A stretch of 64,000 bases of DNA from assembly GCA_964106915.2 (NCBI GenBank), contig OZ066915.1; one strand, written 5' to 3'. The notes below the pieces were generated by a model. That model searched no databases. It was not told where the DNA came from and saw only the letters and a list, made by a program, of their open reading frames with translations. Source of the stretch: Podarcis gaigeae. Lineage: Eukaryota. Of this stretch, positions 51,057-60,843 are shown piece after piece (the stretch's first letter is position 1; each line of letters opens with the position of its first letter). The translations under genes were made by a program, and so were the position numbers.

Positions 51057-54000
51057 CAATGTGCATAGTATCCAAAGCCAACCAAGTTATTGCGTATCTG
51101 AGACAGAAAATCTCAAAAGCAAGTCTCCCCTGGCAGTAAAAATAGAATAACAAACTAAACAGAGAGAAGGCAGGCTTGGGTTAGGTGTAAGGGGATGGGT
51201 TTAGTGCCAGGTGTAAGATGAGAGGGGTTGAAAAGGGGAAGTGGTCAGGCAGGGGTTGGTGAGAAACCTAAACAGTGGTGCAGTCCCTAGTATACAGGCA
51301 ATCCTCGGTTTTGTGCGGGGGGGTTATATCCCAGATCCTCCCATGTGTTGGCAGAGCACACATAAGCCTGCTCCGCCCCTACCCCATTCTGCCCCATATT
51401 GTGATGTCTTTATGACATTTTAGGGTATTTCCAGGTTCGGTGCTGTGCGTGTGTACATGTCGTTTGGGCGCACATAAATCTGTTGTTGCCTGTATAAATA
51501 AAAATATAAAGGATGATCCAATGATAAAGTAAATATCATTTTATTATCAGGGGCCAGGGAACTGTTTAGGGGATTTTGTTGCGGGGGTTTGCTGCTGTTG
51601 TTGATGTTAGTTTTTTATATCTTTATACTGGATCTTATGATTTATGTGGAAATTGTTCAGTTTGGTTGTGTCCTTTTTGATGTTTTGTTTATTGTTTATA
51701 ACTACTTTTCTTATGTTTCTTATGTTTATAACTACTTTTCTTTTTCTTATGAGCATAGTTTTAACTATGGAAAGATGGCATGCAAATAAAATGATTGATT
51801 GATCAGAAAATCAAATTACAAGGCTGAAACATTTGGTTCTCAAATCGCATATGTACTTGAATTGTACATTTTATAATTTGCAATATAGACATGTGGAGGA
51901 AGGACAACTAAATCCTTGTATACTTTGGCCCTAATACAGTCAGGCTTATTAGGCTTAGCCATGGCTAAACCTGACCCACTTATTTCAACAGGACTAAAGT
52001 ACAACTATTTCCTCCTCTAGATTTAGGGCCTATATTCCATAAGAGCCTTGGCTGTCCACATCATCTCAGTTTTACCTGTGGAAACAGTGCAATTTCAACT
52101 TACTAAAGTGCAATTTCTGAAAACTTATGGTTTGCCAAACGTTTTACATACCCCAGGCCCTTGCAGTGATTCCTGTAATTTTTATTCTCAATTTCAATCA
52201 GCCAACAGTCCCTCGGATGTCATTGAGTGCAGAACAAGAAATTTAGGATTTAGCCTAGTAATAAAACCTTCCTTCCTTCTTTCTGTGGAACACTCTGCAG
52301 GGCATAGCTATGTTCCTTTCTGCTCTGTCTACAACTCTTGAGACTAGACCCATCAGCTATTCTGGTTGATCACCCTTATTCCTTCCTGCAGATGCTGCTA
52401 GGGTGGAAATGAGGTAAGATTTAAAACTCCAAGGAAAACAGAACAACCAGCAAGATGGAGCAAATATGGTTACTCTTTGGAATAGGCCGTAGGCTCTTCC
52501 AAAATACGTAGGCTATGTACATATTAGTGACTTAAAACACAATGAGACATGCCCGCCTGCTGCATTTCAAGTTGCATTTGCCTGGCAAGGATATCTTCAT
52601 CCAATGCACATTTCCCCTCGCCTGCAATTCCCCCGTGAAGCTGTCATCTGCACATGCACAATGGTTGTCTCAAAGGTACACACCTCAGCTTAACTGGGAA
52701 GTGAATGTGGCTTATGTTTTCAAATCATATGGCAACTGGTTTGAGGGAAAACACATCAAGCATCAAGAACTACATGATAGATATGGATTGTGGCTTATGT
52801 CAGGTGTACCTCCAGAATGAGAGCACACTGGAGCCCGGGTAATGTGCGCGCAGCCATTGTTGGACATAACAGTCACTTATTTCCATGTTCCCTTTTAGAG
52901 GTTTATTGAAGCAACTCAAACAATCCTGTGCATGTTAATACATAAAGTCGGGGTATATGTACAATTTAACTCAGCAAGCAAAGTCAAAAGTGATGCAGCA
53001 GCGGGTATTTACAGAGGAGAATCAGAGGCTGGAAGTGCTTAACCTTTCCCTACAACCATTTTCCTGGACTTGTTGCTTGACTGATAGGCTAATGCATGGC
53101 CTTGGAGCCACCTGGGCAAAGCAGGGAGCTGGGAGAGAAAGAGAGGGGTGGGGAACTGGTGGGAGAGAAGGGTTATGGGGGACATTGGTGAGCTGAAAAT
53201 ATTTAAGCACTCACTCTTGCCCAGTAACACTCCCTTGCTAATGCCCTGTCTATCCATTCATTAACAGTATTAGGCAAACTGGGAACCTGTGTTTGCCTAC
53301 TAATGTGTAGTTTACAATTCTGCAGCCAGAAAAACCAACATTTGGCGAACAACATGAGTTATGCTAATTGGATATGTTTGCAAAATTGCATGCCCCATCT
53401 TGTCTTGTTTTAAATCCAGAGTAACTTTGCCCTCTTCAGTGAAGTGGAAATTGGAGCACGTTTCCTATCTCTTATTTCAAGCAGCCTTTCTTGGATTATT
53501 ATTTTTAATGTATCAGTCACCACATGGAAAATTAAACCACGGATACAGAAATGCTTAAGCTTCAAGTCAAAGTTGGGCAAAACTGGTGATCATTAGGATG
53601 TCCACAATGAATTTCACCATAGCTACCCCCCAAATCATCAGTGCTTGCCTAGCTCTGACCTGCAGTTTAAGCTGTTCTGTGCTGAGGTTTCATTCTCCAA
53701 ATGGAGATTGATACATGGGGTAAAGGAATAGCTAAGTGTGCATATGATGACCATTCTCATGGAGCATGTTGCTCCATGAAAAAATGGCAGAAGTCAATAC
53801 AAATATAGTGGGGTTGCTTTTATTGGAAATATATTTACTTCAGCAGTTCTAATACGGGTTTGTTTTGTATGTAACTGTAAACGTAGACTCTAGTACACAG
53901 ATCATATCAAAGCACCATGTATGGTGAAAATACACGTCCAAATGTTTTGTTCATGCTGCTTGTACAGAGATTCCTTCTTGACCGCCTCTCACTTCTGACA

Positions 54001-57000
54001 AGCCCTGCGTCACCATGTACCATGCCATTGTTATTGCTGGCCTTGCTGACACATTGTCACCATAAGTCAGTGGAAAACTCTGCCCGGGCCTGGACTCCAG
54101 CCAGAAGGCTCTACTCCAGGATCCCCCTTTCCCCTCTCCCCATGAACTCCTCCCTGAGTCAGCTGGCTCAACCGCCCACAGAAAGGGGGGGGGAAACACC
54201 TCCTTGAAAGACGTCATCATTTCATTGTTGGATTATTTTCAGACTAGAAATGCAGCGTGATTTGTGTACTGTACAAGTAAGTGAGCAGATCAACACACTG
54301 AAGTGCAGATACTTTCTCCCCCTGGAAAATGTATATTAAATGGCCAGTGTCAATCATGCCTGAGTTGGCCGGGCATGCTGTTCTCCTCCCCCATCCTCAC
54401 CAAAATGAAAACTGACCCATTGCCTACCTAGACACCCATCATAAAGGGGTCCCTGAACTGTTATCAGGCTATGACAGTTTCCGCCATCGGATTCCTCCTG
54501 CCCATCAGGAAAGCTAAATAAGGACCGCAGTTCAGGCGGCTGCAGGAAGAGGGGAAATGCAGGACATCCGGCCCAGCTGCCAATTTTTCCTTTCCCATGA
54601 ACCACTGCTGACCTCCGCCAGCAAAGGCTTGGACATCATGCCTGGCATCGTAGCTAAGCATCTTCACTTAACTCTTTGCAGGCTACCTGTTAAAAGCCAG
54701 GGACCTGCAGATACCTGGATTAATCATAGTGCGTGACTCAGTTTTACATAAAGTTCAGAGAGCATAATATTGGCACAGTTTGATCTCTATAATGTATCAC
54801 CCAACTTCAGTTCAGTGCATGTCTATCTCAGCAGTGTATAAATTTAACCCATTTGTAACAGCAAACAGTTGACTATGTACCTCTATTAAATTCATGCCAG
54901 GAAGTTAAGCATATGCATGTCTTGAAAGCATTCAGTGATTATTTTATCTCCTTATAGACAGGTTTACAGTTGCTTGTCTATGCAACAACTATACTCACAC
55001 ACTTCCAGTATGCTGAACAGGTTATTTCCTATTATGAAGCCATTAACGGAATAAACTGACATCTGGCGAACTCTAGGTTTACTACTATGAAAAGGTAATC
55101 CCTGTATCCTTTAGAAACTTCCTAATGTCTAAAGATAAATTCCAGAAGGTCCACTCTCTTTTCTGTGAATAACATATTGGGTTATTATTTTTTCCTGTCT
55201 GATCAGATAACTTGGGGTTTTTTAGGGAGGAAAGGGGGATAAATCTTTGCTGTAAATTCATAACACAGATGGAGAGAAGTAAAGAGGCATTATTTATATA
55301 GGAGGAGTAACTGTGGAAAAACAATACTGTTTAAAATACTGGAAATAGTCAGAAGGGCAAGTGAATGACTGCAGTTGCAGAATGTGAGGGGGGCAGATTC
55401 AATAAGTTAATTCGCCAGGTTCTGCCCTTTGCGCATTACACAACTTTGCATTCTTTCTTGTCTCTCCAGTGGCTGGTGATTCATGATATCCTTCTGATTT
55501 TGCAGCAATATTATCTTTGTCTCTTTTTTATGAAGGGCATCAATGGACTGTAGCACAATAACTGGAATTCCATTTGGACACTTGCTAGCTTGTTTTGGAT
55601 TTTCCATCATCTCTTGGTTTGGCCTCACTGCCAAGTAGCCACAACTGTGCTGAGCTGGCTTTGAATGTCTTAGTCAAGTGTAACATGAGAAGGCTATTGC
55701 AAGAAGAAGAAGAAAACTAAAAGGACGGAGGAATTATATGGTGGGACGGTGGACTGGAAATCTCCCTTTGTAAGCTGTCTGCACTCACAATAGGAGCATA
55801 GGAACCTGCCTTATACCAAATCAGACCATTACAGCCTACACTGTATTGTCTACCCTGACTAATAATGGCTCTCCAGAGTTTCTGACTTTTAACAACCCTA
55901 CTGGCAAAGTGTGGGGGGACCTTCTGGATGCAAAGCATGTGAGTATATGTAGACTTATTTTTGTGAGGGGGTAGAACCAGGGGTGTAGCAAGGGGGTGCG
56001 GTAGGTACGGTCTACCCCAGGTGTCCCCACTGAGGGGGGTGACAAATGGTGGGGAGCACTCACTACAGGGCCTGCAGCGTGTTTTGGGCACTCACAGGCT
56101 CCTTGATGTCCGCCCGCTGCCTCCCCCCCCCCAGCTATAGGGTGGCTGGCCCTCGTGGTGCATCCCATCCCTATGGGTGCCCCGCACCCTGTCTTGTTCC
56201 TCCCTAAGGGCACCTCATGCCCTATCCCGTCCCTGTGGGTGCTGTGCGCTCCATCCCATCCCTCCCTAAGGGCACAGTCCCCCCCATGGGTGCCATGTGC
56301 CTTGTTCCTCCCTATGGGCGCTGTGCACCCCGTCCCTATGGGTTCCACATGCCCCGTGCCGTCCCTATGGGCAGTTCGCCCCGCCCCTATGGGCGCCCCA
56401 GGTGCCCGAGAGGCTGCCTCTGCCGCTCAATAGAGCCAGGCTTAGAACACAAAGCCAGCCTAGGCACTGAGCCTGGCTGTGTCCTTTTAATAACGAGGCA
56501 CTTTGGAGGAGCAATGATACCACTGCAATTCATTAAGCACCATTACAGTTTTGACCTTAGGAGAAATCCACCAACGGGACTAACACAAACCACCTCATTA
56601 GCAGCTTGAAATAAGAAACAAAGCTTTAAGATAGCCAGAGGCAATAAAAATCCTGGGATTAATTTAAACAGTCACTGGATATCAGAGCAGCTGCAGAAGT
56701 ATTTCTATGCCCACAGAGGAGAAATTATGATCGTGCTGCAATCCATCGGAATGCCTAGCACCAAGTCCCAGGCTACAAGGAGCAGGGGGTATCTGTTTAA
56801 CACATTGTGTCAAGCGTCGTCCTTGCAGCAGGTGCTGCGGCAATTGGGGATCTATCGGGGAAAAGTGCGGCAATAATATATTCCATATGCCCTCTGCAAT
56901 CATGTCAGCATGCTCCACTACGTCTGCTACAAGGATTTGTCTGCCTCCCTCAGCTACATTCCTGAAAGCGGCAGGTTTGAGTTTTACTTGGCCTCGTGCC

Positions 57001-60000
57001 AAAAGGATGCTTTTAGCACTCTCACTGTAAATGGAGACTTGATCCATGGAGCCAGGCGAGTCAGTATGATCTGCAGTCCAGCTATGTACTGCAGGCCAAA
57101 GAAATTGGTGCACCCTTAACCAAGTGGCTGGATGGGCCTGAGGAGAACAGACTGTGCATGTTTATTTACAACTTATCATACAAAATAAGGTGGCAACAAA
57201 GGGCCTTGTCCCATGCTGGTAGGCATTGGCATAGCGTGGGTTGCCAGTGCCCAGGGCCTGACAAGGGAGGGAAGGAGGGAGGGAAAAGGACAGAGTACGC
57301 ATGCACATTCCTAATGACACCATGGCACCCTGTGAGATCACAGCCGCAGAGATTAAGAAAAGAGAAATAATTCCGCTGCCTGGAGAGGACACTTCCTGGT
57401 TTGCATGGAGAAGCCATTTTCAACAGAACTCAGCAATGGAAGCATTGCATTGAGGCAGTACCGGGTGTTGAAATGTTGCACCCCTAAGAATTTTGCACCC
57501 GGGGCAACCACCCCTGTGATTCCCCCACTACTGCCAGGGGCTGATGAGATTTGTAGTCCAACAACATCTGAAAGGCCTCAGTTTAGACATCCCTATTATA
57601 AAGAGCCCAAATACAGGAGTCTGTAAATCTGCTCACCCAAACAACAAGACTTAACATTTCTTAACATTATGTGTGATGATTACCCCGCCACACACAATTC
57701 TTCACGGGGAATATGTATGGATCTCCTCATCTCTCCTGCTTTATCCTCTCGATAACCCAGTGAGATAGGACAGGCTGACAAAGTGACCGGCTAAAATCAC
57801 CTACCCCACCCCTGAACTATGGTGCAATACTGTCTGGATTTAAAAGGAAATATTTACAGATCAAAGCTAAGTATGCCAATAGTGGCACCTGATCATAAGA
57901 CATTCATGATAGCATAAGAGACAGATAAAGAGTGTTAAAGCTACTATAAAAAATTGTGTGCCATTGAAACTAATGTACTCCAAAGTCACCAGGTGAGCTT
58001 CATGGCTGAACCTGGGTTTGAACATCACCACCATCGGTTTTCTGAACACATTCAAGCCCCTATGCCAGATTTATCTCACACCTGTTTATTCTTCATTCCT
58101 TTCTAGCTATTCATTTAGGAAAGGTAGTGTTCTTAATCCACACTGCCCTCCTGCCTCACAGAAACTCTGATCCTTATGAAGGGAGCATTATATCAACTCA
58201 GTTCTCTTTGTATCAGGACATGAAAAACCAAGCATGTGCGCTGCTTGTGTGCACTCCACCCCAGAGGCAGCAATTCAGTGTGTATTAGCCTTGTTCAGAC
58301 CCATTAGGTTAGTAGGAGAAAGGTAACATCACCCACAAATAATTCATCACAATGTCCAATTCCAGCTGCAAAGCACTATGCCTTAAAAGCACCTTTGCTG
58401 AGCAGCAGCTGTCTGGACTTGCAATGAGCATGGTGCTGCATTCTATACCTCTCTGATGCTTAAGACCCTGCTTTTAAATCACTTTTTTGTGTGGAATAAA
58501 CAATACACCACAATAGTGATGAATCATGGAGCTGTGATTATAGAAAATGGTCTTATGCTGCAAAAATTGATCTTACCGCTTGCAAAGCTTCCTGCACTAT
58601 GACTTTTGCTGTGGTCTCTCTGGTTCCTTATAGCCTCCCACCTGAATGCTAGCAAATCATGTGTCATAGTCCTCCTCCACGGAAACATTTTCTGCATCTC
58701 AGCAAATGTTACCTACAGCTTTATTTTATTAGTAGCTCCGACACGCAGGCAGACCACCTCCCTACTCCTAAGTCTGACATGCATCTCATGCAGTCTCAGC
58801 CAGTATAGATCTACTCAGAAGGAAAGTCCCACTCAGGGATGCTAACTTGAATGAAATATTGGGGGGGGGGGTAAGCCCCACCCCACATAATCAATAGCAA
58901 GAAGCAGTGTGCACACACCATTTAAATGGCGATGTCGATCAATGGGGAGGGGGGCTCCAATATTTTATTGGGGGAGGGTGAAGGGACCTCAGTCCCTAGG
59001 ACTGAGGTCCACCAGCCCGCCCGCCACCTTCTCCTATGGTCCTATGGTCCCACTTTGTTCACTTTGGGACTGTAGCCCTAGTGTTGGGCCAGCCAATGTG
59101 TTTTGGTAATAAATGCAGTAACTTGAACCAACTTATGTGTCTGCACACAGACTATATATCATAGCCCAAAAACAACAGGCAATGCATTAAAAAGGAAAAG
59201 AAAGAAAAAAACCAACACAAAGGCAGGATAAACTGTACAGGATCACACCAGAAGGCACTTCCTGAGGAACCAGCGCAGGTTTGATCCCTGTTGCGGGGTT
59301 AAACCAAAGGGATGTCTAAAGTCCCCTTTCCTGCCCGAACTTTGCGTGCAGCTGGAAGAAAAGATTAGTCACCCAAGTGTGCCCTCTGGTGGTTGAATGG
59401 CGCTCGGTCATCCAGCTGAAGTCGAAAAAGATGAACAAGTAGTCGAAGGAAGCGGGTACAGTACTACTGAGTTGGCAGATGCTTTGCCCGGACAGCGGCG
59501 GAGTTGAACAAAAGAGGGAAAGGGATGTGAAAGGGAATGAAGGGACAGAGGAAGAGCGCACAGCTGGGGACTCAGAATCCAAAGAAGCGATAAAAGCGGG
59601 GAGAGCTGAAAAGTGCCAAATATTATCTAGAAAGGGAGGCAAAAGGCAAGGTTGGGGACCGAGGCCACGGAGAGCATGCAAATAGCAGCAGAAGGGTGAG
59701 AGGAGCCAGGGGATGCCCGTCCCCGCCGGTGCCAGGCGGTCGGGAGCCGCTGGCGCAACTCCGCGCACGCGGGCGGAGGGAGGGAACGCGGAGTTGCTGG
59801 GCTGGAGCTTTCCACCCCGGTTCATCCTGCAGCCAGGCGATGCCCGCCGCCACCCGCCCCGTCCCATCCCTTGCCAGCCCACAGCAGCTCCTCGGCTTGC
59901 GCGGCGCCGCCGGCGTGCGCTCCGTCGAAGGCGCGCCGGCGCTCACTCACCTGCTTCCGAGACGATGCCGATCCAGAGCCAGAGGGAGAGCGTGCACACT

Positions 60001-60008
60001 CTCTTCAT
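2044..60008 (-). CDS. FLT4: FLT4 / VEGFR3 receptor tyrosine kinase, spliced CDS exons 1-11 (partial; gene continues beyond position 1)
   Basis: Eleven exons join in frame (58+97+275+113+163+140+172+118+155+163+142 = 1596 nt) to [37 protein letters not shown]...[21 protein letters not shown]. This matches VEGFR3 hallmarks: [63 protein letters not shown]. Confidence 0.98.
2360..2590 (+). mobile_element. Degraded CR1 LINE 3' fragment
   Basis: GCATGGT..AGAGAAA..GGATAAAGAGAAA..TTCTCCCTCTCCCACA.TA..AGAA and TTAGAT.GCTTTAAAAAGGGG resemble the CR1 ORF2 end. Confidence 0.55.
3825..4727 (+). mobile_element. Sauria-type tRNA-derived SINE, split by a hAT insertion
   Basis: A-box GGTGGCGCTGTGG, B-box GGTTCAAATCC, body GCAAGTAGATAAATAGGTACC, tail GGGGTCCTTTACCTTT; halves at 3825-4090 and 4652-4727. 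Confidence 0.9.
4091..4651. mobile_element. Non-autonomous hAT DNA transposon (561 bp)
   Basis: Perfect 12-bp TIR CATAGCTGTCAA/TTGACAGCTATG; exact 8-bp TSD CAGTAAAG (4083-4090, 4652-4659); repeated subterminal GTCCCTTA motifs. Confidence 0.92.
7990..8037. repeat. (GCAACA)n microsatellite after an L2-like tail
   Basis: Direct inspection. Confidence 0.8.
8858..9020 (-). CDS. FLT4: FLT4 exon 10 ([55 protein letters not shown])
   Basis: tcttatttcag| acceptor, CT|gtaagt donor, 163 nt. Confidence 0.97.
10639..10889. mobile_element. hAT (Charlie-like) MITE, 251 bp
   Basis: TIRs CAGGGGTCAGCAACCT / AGGTTGCCTACCCCTG; 8-bp TSD GCCAAATA on both sides. Confidence 0.9.
11731..11885 (-). CDS. FLT4: FLT4 exon 9 ([51 protein letters not shown])
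   Basis: ttctgcccag| acceptor, G|gtaagg donor, 155 nt. Confidence 0.97.
13317..13434 (-). CDS. FLT4: FLT4 exon 8 ([40 protein letters not shown])
   Basis: gttttcacag| acceptor, TG|gtaat donor, 118 nt. Confidence 0.97.
14074..14106. repeat. (CA)n microsatellite
   Basis: Direct inspection. Confidence 0.9.
14292..14463 (-). CDS. FLT4: FLT4 exon 7 ([24 protein letters not shown]...SIDVIVH)
   Basis: ttcttctggcag| acceptor, G|gtaaa donor, 172 nt; ORF 14278..14463. Confidence 0.97.
14551..14683. mobile_element. Palindromic hAT-type MITE (family related to 37680-37815)
   Basis: CAGGCTTCCCCAACCTGGTGCCCTC...GAGGGCACCAGGTTGGAGAAGGCTG; TSD not recognisable. Confidence 0.75.
14990..15486 (+). mobile_element. 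L2-clade LINE 3' fragment with (AAT)n tail
   Basis: Decayed ORF2 end (LKDLHWLPV...[18 protein letters not shown]...[15 protein letters not shown]), L2-type 3' UTR stem-loop, (AAT)n at ~15447-15486. Confidence 0.9.
15825..16010 (-). mobile_element. Degraded tRNA-derived squamate SINE
   Basis: Similar segments recur at ~22175-22235 and ~55790-55935 (GCCTTATACC..TCAGACCATT..CAGCTCAGTA..GTCTACACTGAC). Confidence 0.55.
16227..16252. repeat. (GT)n microsatellite
   Basis: Direct inspection. Confidence 0.9.
16344..16483 (-). CDS. FLT4: FLT4 exon 6 ([47 protein letters not shown])
   Basis: ttttacaccag| acceptor, CAG|gtagg donor, 140 nt. Confidence 0.97.
17736..17898 (-). CDS. FLT4: FLT4 exon 5 ([23 protein letters not shown]...FFLVHIA)
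   Basis: tgtttctag| acceptor, CAG|gtgaa donor, 163 nt. Confidence 0.96.
19227..19339 (-). CDS. FLT4: FLT4 exon 4 ([38 protein letters not shown])
   Basis: ttcattctcag| acceptor, |gtaag donor, 113 nt. Confidence 0.96.
21140..22076 (+). mobile_element. L2-clade LINE, 5'-truncated, with ORF2 C-terminal frame (21140-21850) and (TTA)n tail
   Basis: ORF carries L2 motifs [64 protein letters not shown]; 3' UTR stem-loop, then a microsatellite tail at 22029-22076. Confidence 0.95.
22500..22700 (-). mobile_element. MIR/CORE-like SINE
   Basis: TTATCCTCACAACAACCCTGTGAGG..GGCCCAAG..TTTGAACTCAGGTCT..CTAACCAC pattern. Confidence 0.65.
24080..24200. mobile_element. Degraded palindromic hAT-type MITE
   Basis: GGACCACAACTCCCA...TGGGAGTTGGAGTCC core shared with 37680-37815; another decayed copy at ~18880-18965. 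Confidence 0.55.
26768..27042 (-). CDS. FLT4: FLT4 exon 3 (Ig1: [11 protein letters not shown]...[14 protein letters not shown]...TYVFVR)
   Basis: tgaag| acceptor required by frame, AG|gtaag donor, 275 nt; overlaps ORF 26598..26966. Confidence 0.95.
31070..31166 (-). CDS. FLT4: FLT4 exon 2 ([33 protein letters not shown])
   Basis: ctttctctccctag| acceptor, CAG|gtaag donor, 97 nt. Confidence 0.97.
31398..31956. mobile_element. PIF/Harbinger-type MITE with long imperfect TIRs
   Basis: TIR GGGCTTATCCACACT(T/A)ACCTTT / AAAGGTAAGTGTGGATAAGCCC, extending imperfectly ~65 bp; 3-bp TTA TSD (31395-31397, 31957-31959). Confidence 0.85.
31425..31520 (+). mobile_element. RTE-BovB 3' end fragment nested in the Harbinger MITE
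   Basis: GGCGTGCTCTGGTCCATGGGGTCACGAAGAGTCGGACACGACT...(AAC)n tail; 18-bp TSD CACACT(A/T)ACCTTTGGCCA at 31407-31424 and 31521-31538. Confidence 0.9.
36757..36887. repeat. Imperfect inverted repeat (old palindromic MITE remnant)
   Basis: CTTCCTGGTTTGTTAAGCCATGGTTTACCATGATGTC pairs with GACATCACAGGAAACTATGTCTTAACAAACCAAGAAAG. Confidence 0.6.
37400..37515 (+). mobile_element. L2 3' tail remnant
   Basis: TGTTGGAAGCTGCCCAGAGT.GCTGGG..AACCCAGCCAGA.GGGC.GGGTA, near-identical to the tail at ~15390-15445. Confidence 0.8.
37680..37815. mobile_element. Palindromic hAT MITE, 136 bp
   Basis: CAGGCTTCCTCAGCCTCGGCCCTCCAGATGT / ACATCTGGAGGGCCGAGGTTGAGGAAGCCTG; exact 8-bp TSD TGTTAAAT. Confidence 0.92.
41031..41218. 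mobile_element. hAT-type MITE (inverted sister copy of 58834-59046)
   Basis: Ends CAGAGGAGCCAACT / AGTTGGCACCCCTG; degenerate TSD GTATGAAC / G(AC)TATGAAC. Confidence 0.75.
42540..43130 (-). mobile_element. Old L2 3' fragment interrupted (~42882-43066) by an A-rich-tailed insert
   Basis: L2-type reverse motifs AGGCCTGGGAGAATAAAAA..GGAGGGCATTC | AGCTGGGGGGCCACCA..GAAAAAGACCCTC flank an unrelated insert ending in an A-rich tail. Confidence 0.55.
45440..45720 (-). mobile_element. Degraded L2 ORF2 fragment
   Basis: Minus strand reads [14 protein letters not shown] (cf. [12 protein letters not shown]). Confidence 0.75.
46770..46975. mobile_element. Palindromic repeat remnant, possibly Penelope-derived (sister at ~40020-40200)
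   Basis: Shared pattern GCACCTTAAAG..AAC.AATTTATT..AGC/GT.TT.GTGG..CACTTCAT..AAAGCTTA.GC.ATAATA; family assignment tentative. Confidence 0.45.
51007..51055. repeat. (CA)n microsatellite
   Basis: Direct inspection. Confidence 0.95.
51295..51492. mobile_element. Tc1/mariner (Tigger-like) MITE, degraded
   Basis: TA|CAGGCAA...TTGCCTG|TA. Confidence 0.6.
55978..56430. mobile_element. Truncated hAT (Tip100-like) element with internal CCCTATGGG minisatellite
   Basis: Starts CAGGGGTGTAGC; about 9 copies of CCCT(A/G)(T/A)GGG at 56165-56400; no matching right TIR found. Confidence 0.55.
58834..59046. mobile_element. hAT-type MITE ~0.9 kb into intron 1
   Basis: Exact 8-bp TSD GTCCCACT (58826-58833, 59047-59054); reverse-complement homology to 41031-41218. 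Confidence 0.8.
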
Positions 60009-60720
60009 TTCCAGCGAAGGGGCTGCGGCAGCAGGCGAAGCCACGTCTGGCCACGGGGGTTCCGCGGCTGCTTCTACTCGACGGCCGGCGCAAGGCTGTG
60101 CCTCCTCCGTCCGCCTCAAGCAGAGCGGACGCGCTCTCTCGATGCCTCAGGCGCGCTTCCCTTTCCTTTTCCTCCCGCTGCCGGGAGCAAATCCCGCTGG
60201 AGCGGCTTGGCCAAGTTTGCCCCGGCGCAGCAGCTCGGCCGGGAGCTGCTCCGTCTTTGCGCGAGGCAGCCCAGCCGGTGTGAGGGGCGGAAGGAAGGCG
60301 GGAAACGCGCGGCGGGGGCGGGGAGCGAAGGTGGCGGGCGGGCTGGTGGGCAAAGGGGGGAAAGTGTGAAGAAGGGGGACGACGACGAGAAGGGCACCGA
60401 GTGTGGGGTGGGGCTTGCTGGGTCGGAAAGCGGAGTTTCTCCCTCACCCGCCAAGGGATAGCGGCGGGAAACGGGGGTGGGCGTGGGGAAAGATAAAAGC
60501 TCTTCGACGACGGGGTGGGCAGGAGCGTTAAGGTGTGTGAGGGGAGCGCGCGCAATTAGAGCGAAGTTGGCACGGGCGGGGGGGGGGCTGGACGGCGGGA
60601 GAAATCACGTCGCGAGTCAGATTGAATGACTCGTGGGAGGCCGAGAAGTTTGCTGAGGTAGGCGATGGGCAGACGCAGCGTTGTGGGACGGGGGAAACGC
60701 GGCAAGGAGCAGGTGAGAGG
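59650..60720 (-). promoter_or_regulatory. CpG island / FLT4 promoter and 5' UTR
   Basis: Abrupt GC- and CpG-rich stretch around exon 1 with GC boxes (GGGCGG) and GGAA ETS cores; no upstream ATG on the minus strand in ~60009-60560; boundaries approximate. Confidence 0.88.
59951..60008 (-). CDS. FLT4: FLT4 exon 1 coding part (signal peptide [19 protein letters not shown])
   Basis: GAAATG start (purine at -3) inside the CpG island; 58 nt; ends CAG|GTGAGT; phase 1 joins exon 2. Confidence 0.95.
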
Positions 60721-60819
60721 CTCCACCACCGCTTTGCTATTATTATAAAGACAAATGGCTTCCTCAGGCAAAGGGAGTCTGGAGTCTTCTCTTTTGAGGA
60801 CGCTGGTTCTGTGTGCGCT

Positions 60820-60843
60820 TAACAACAACAACAACAACAACAA
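60820..60843. repeat. (AAC)n microsatellite just upstream of the promoter
   Basis: Direct inspection. Confidence 0.9.

Noticed and set aside
56682-57119. 143-aa minus-strand ORF and 69-aa plus-strand ORF
   Set aside because: No recognisable domain or exon context; plausible by chance.
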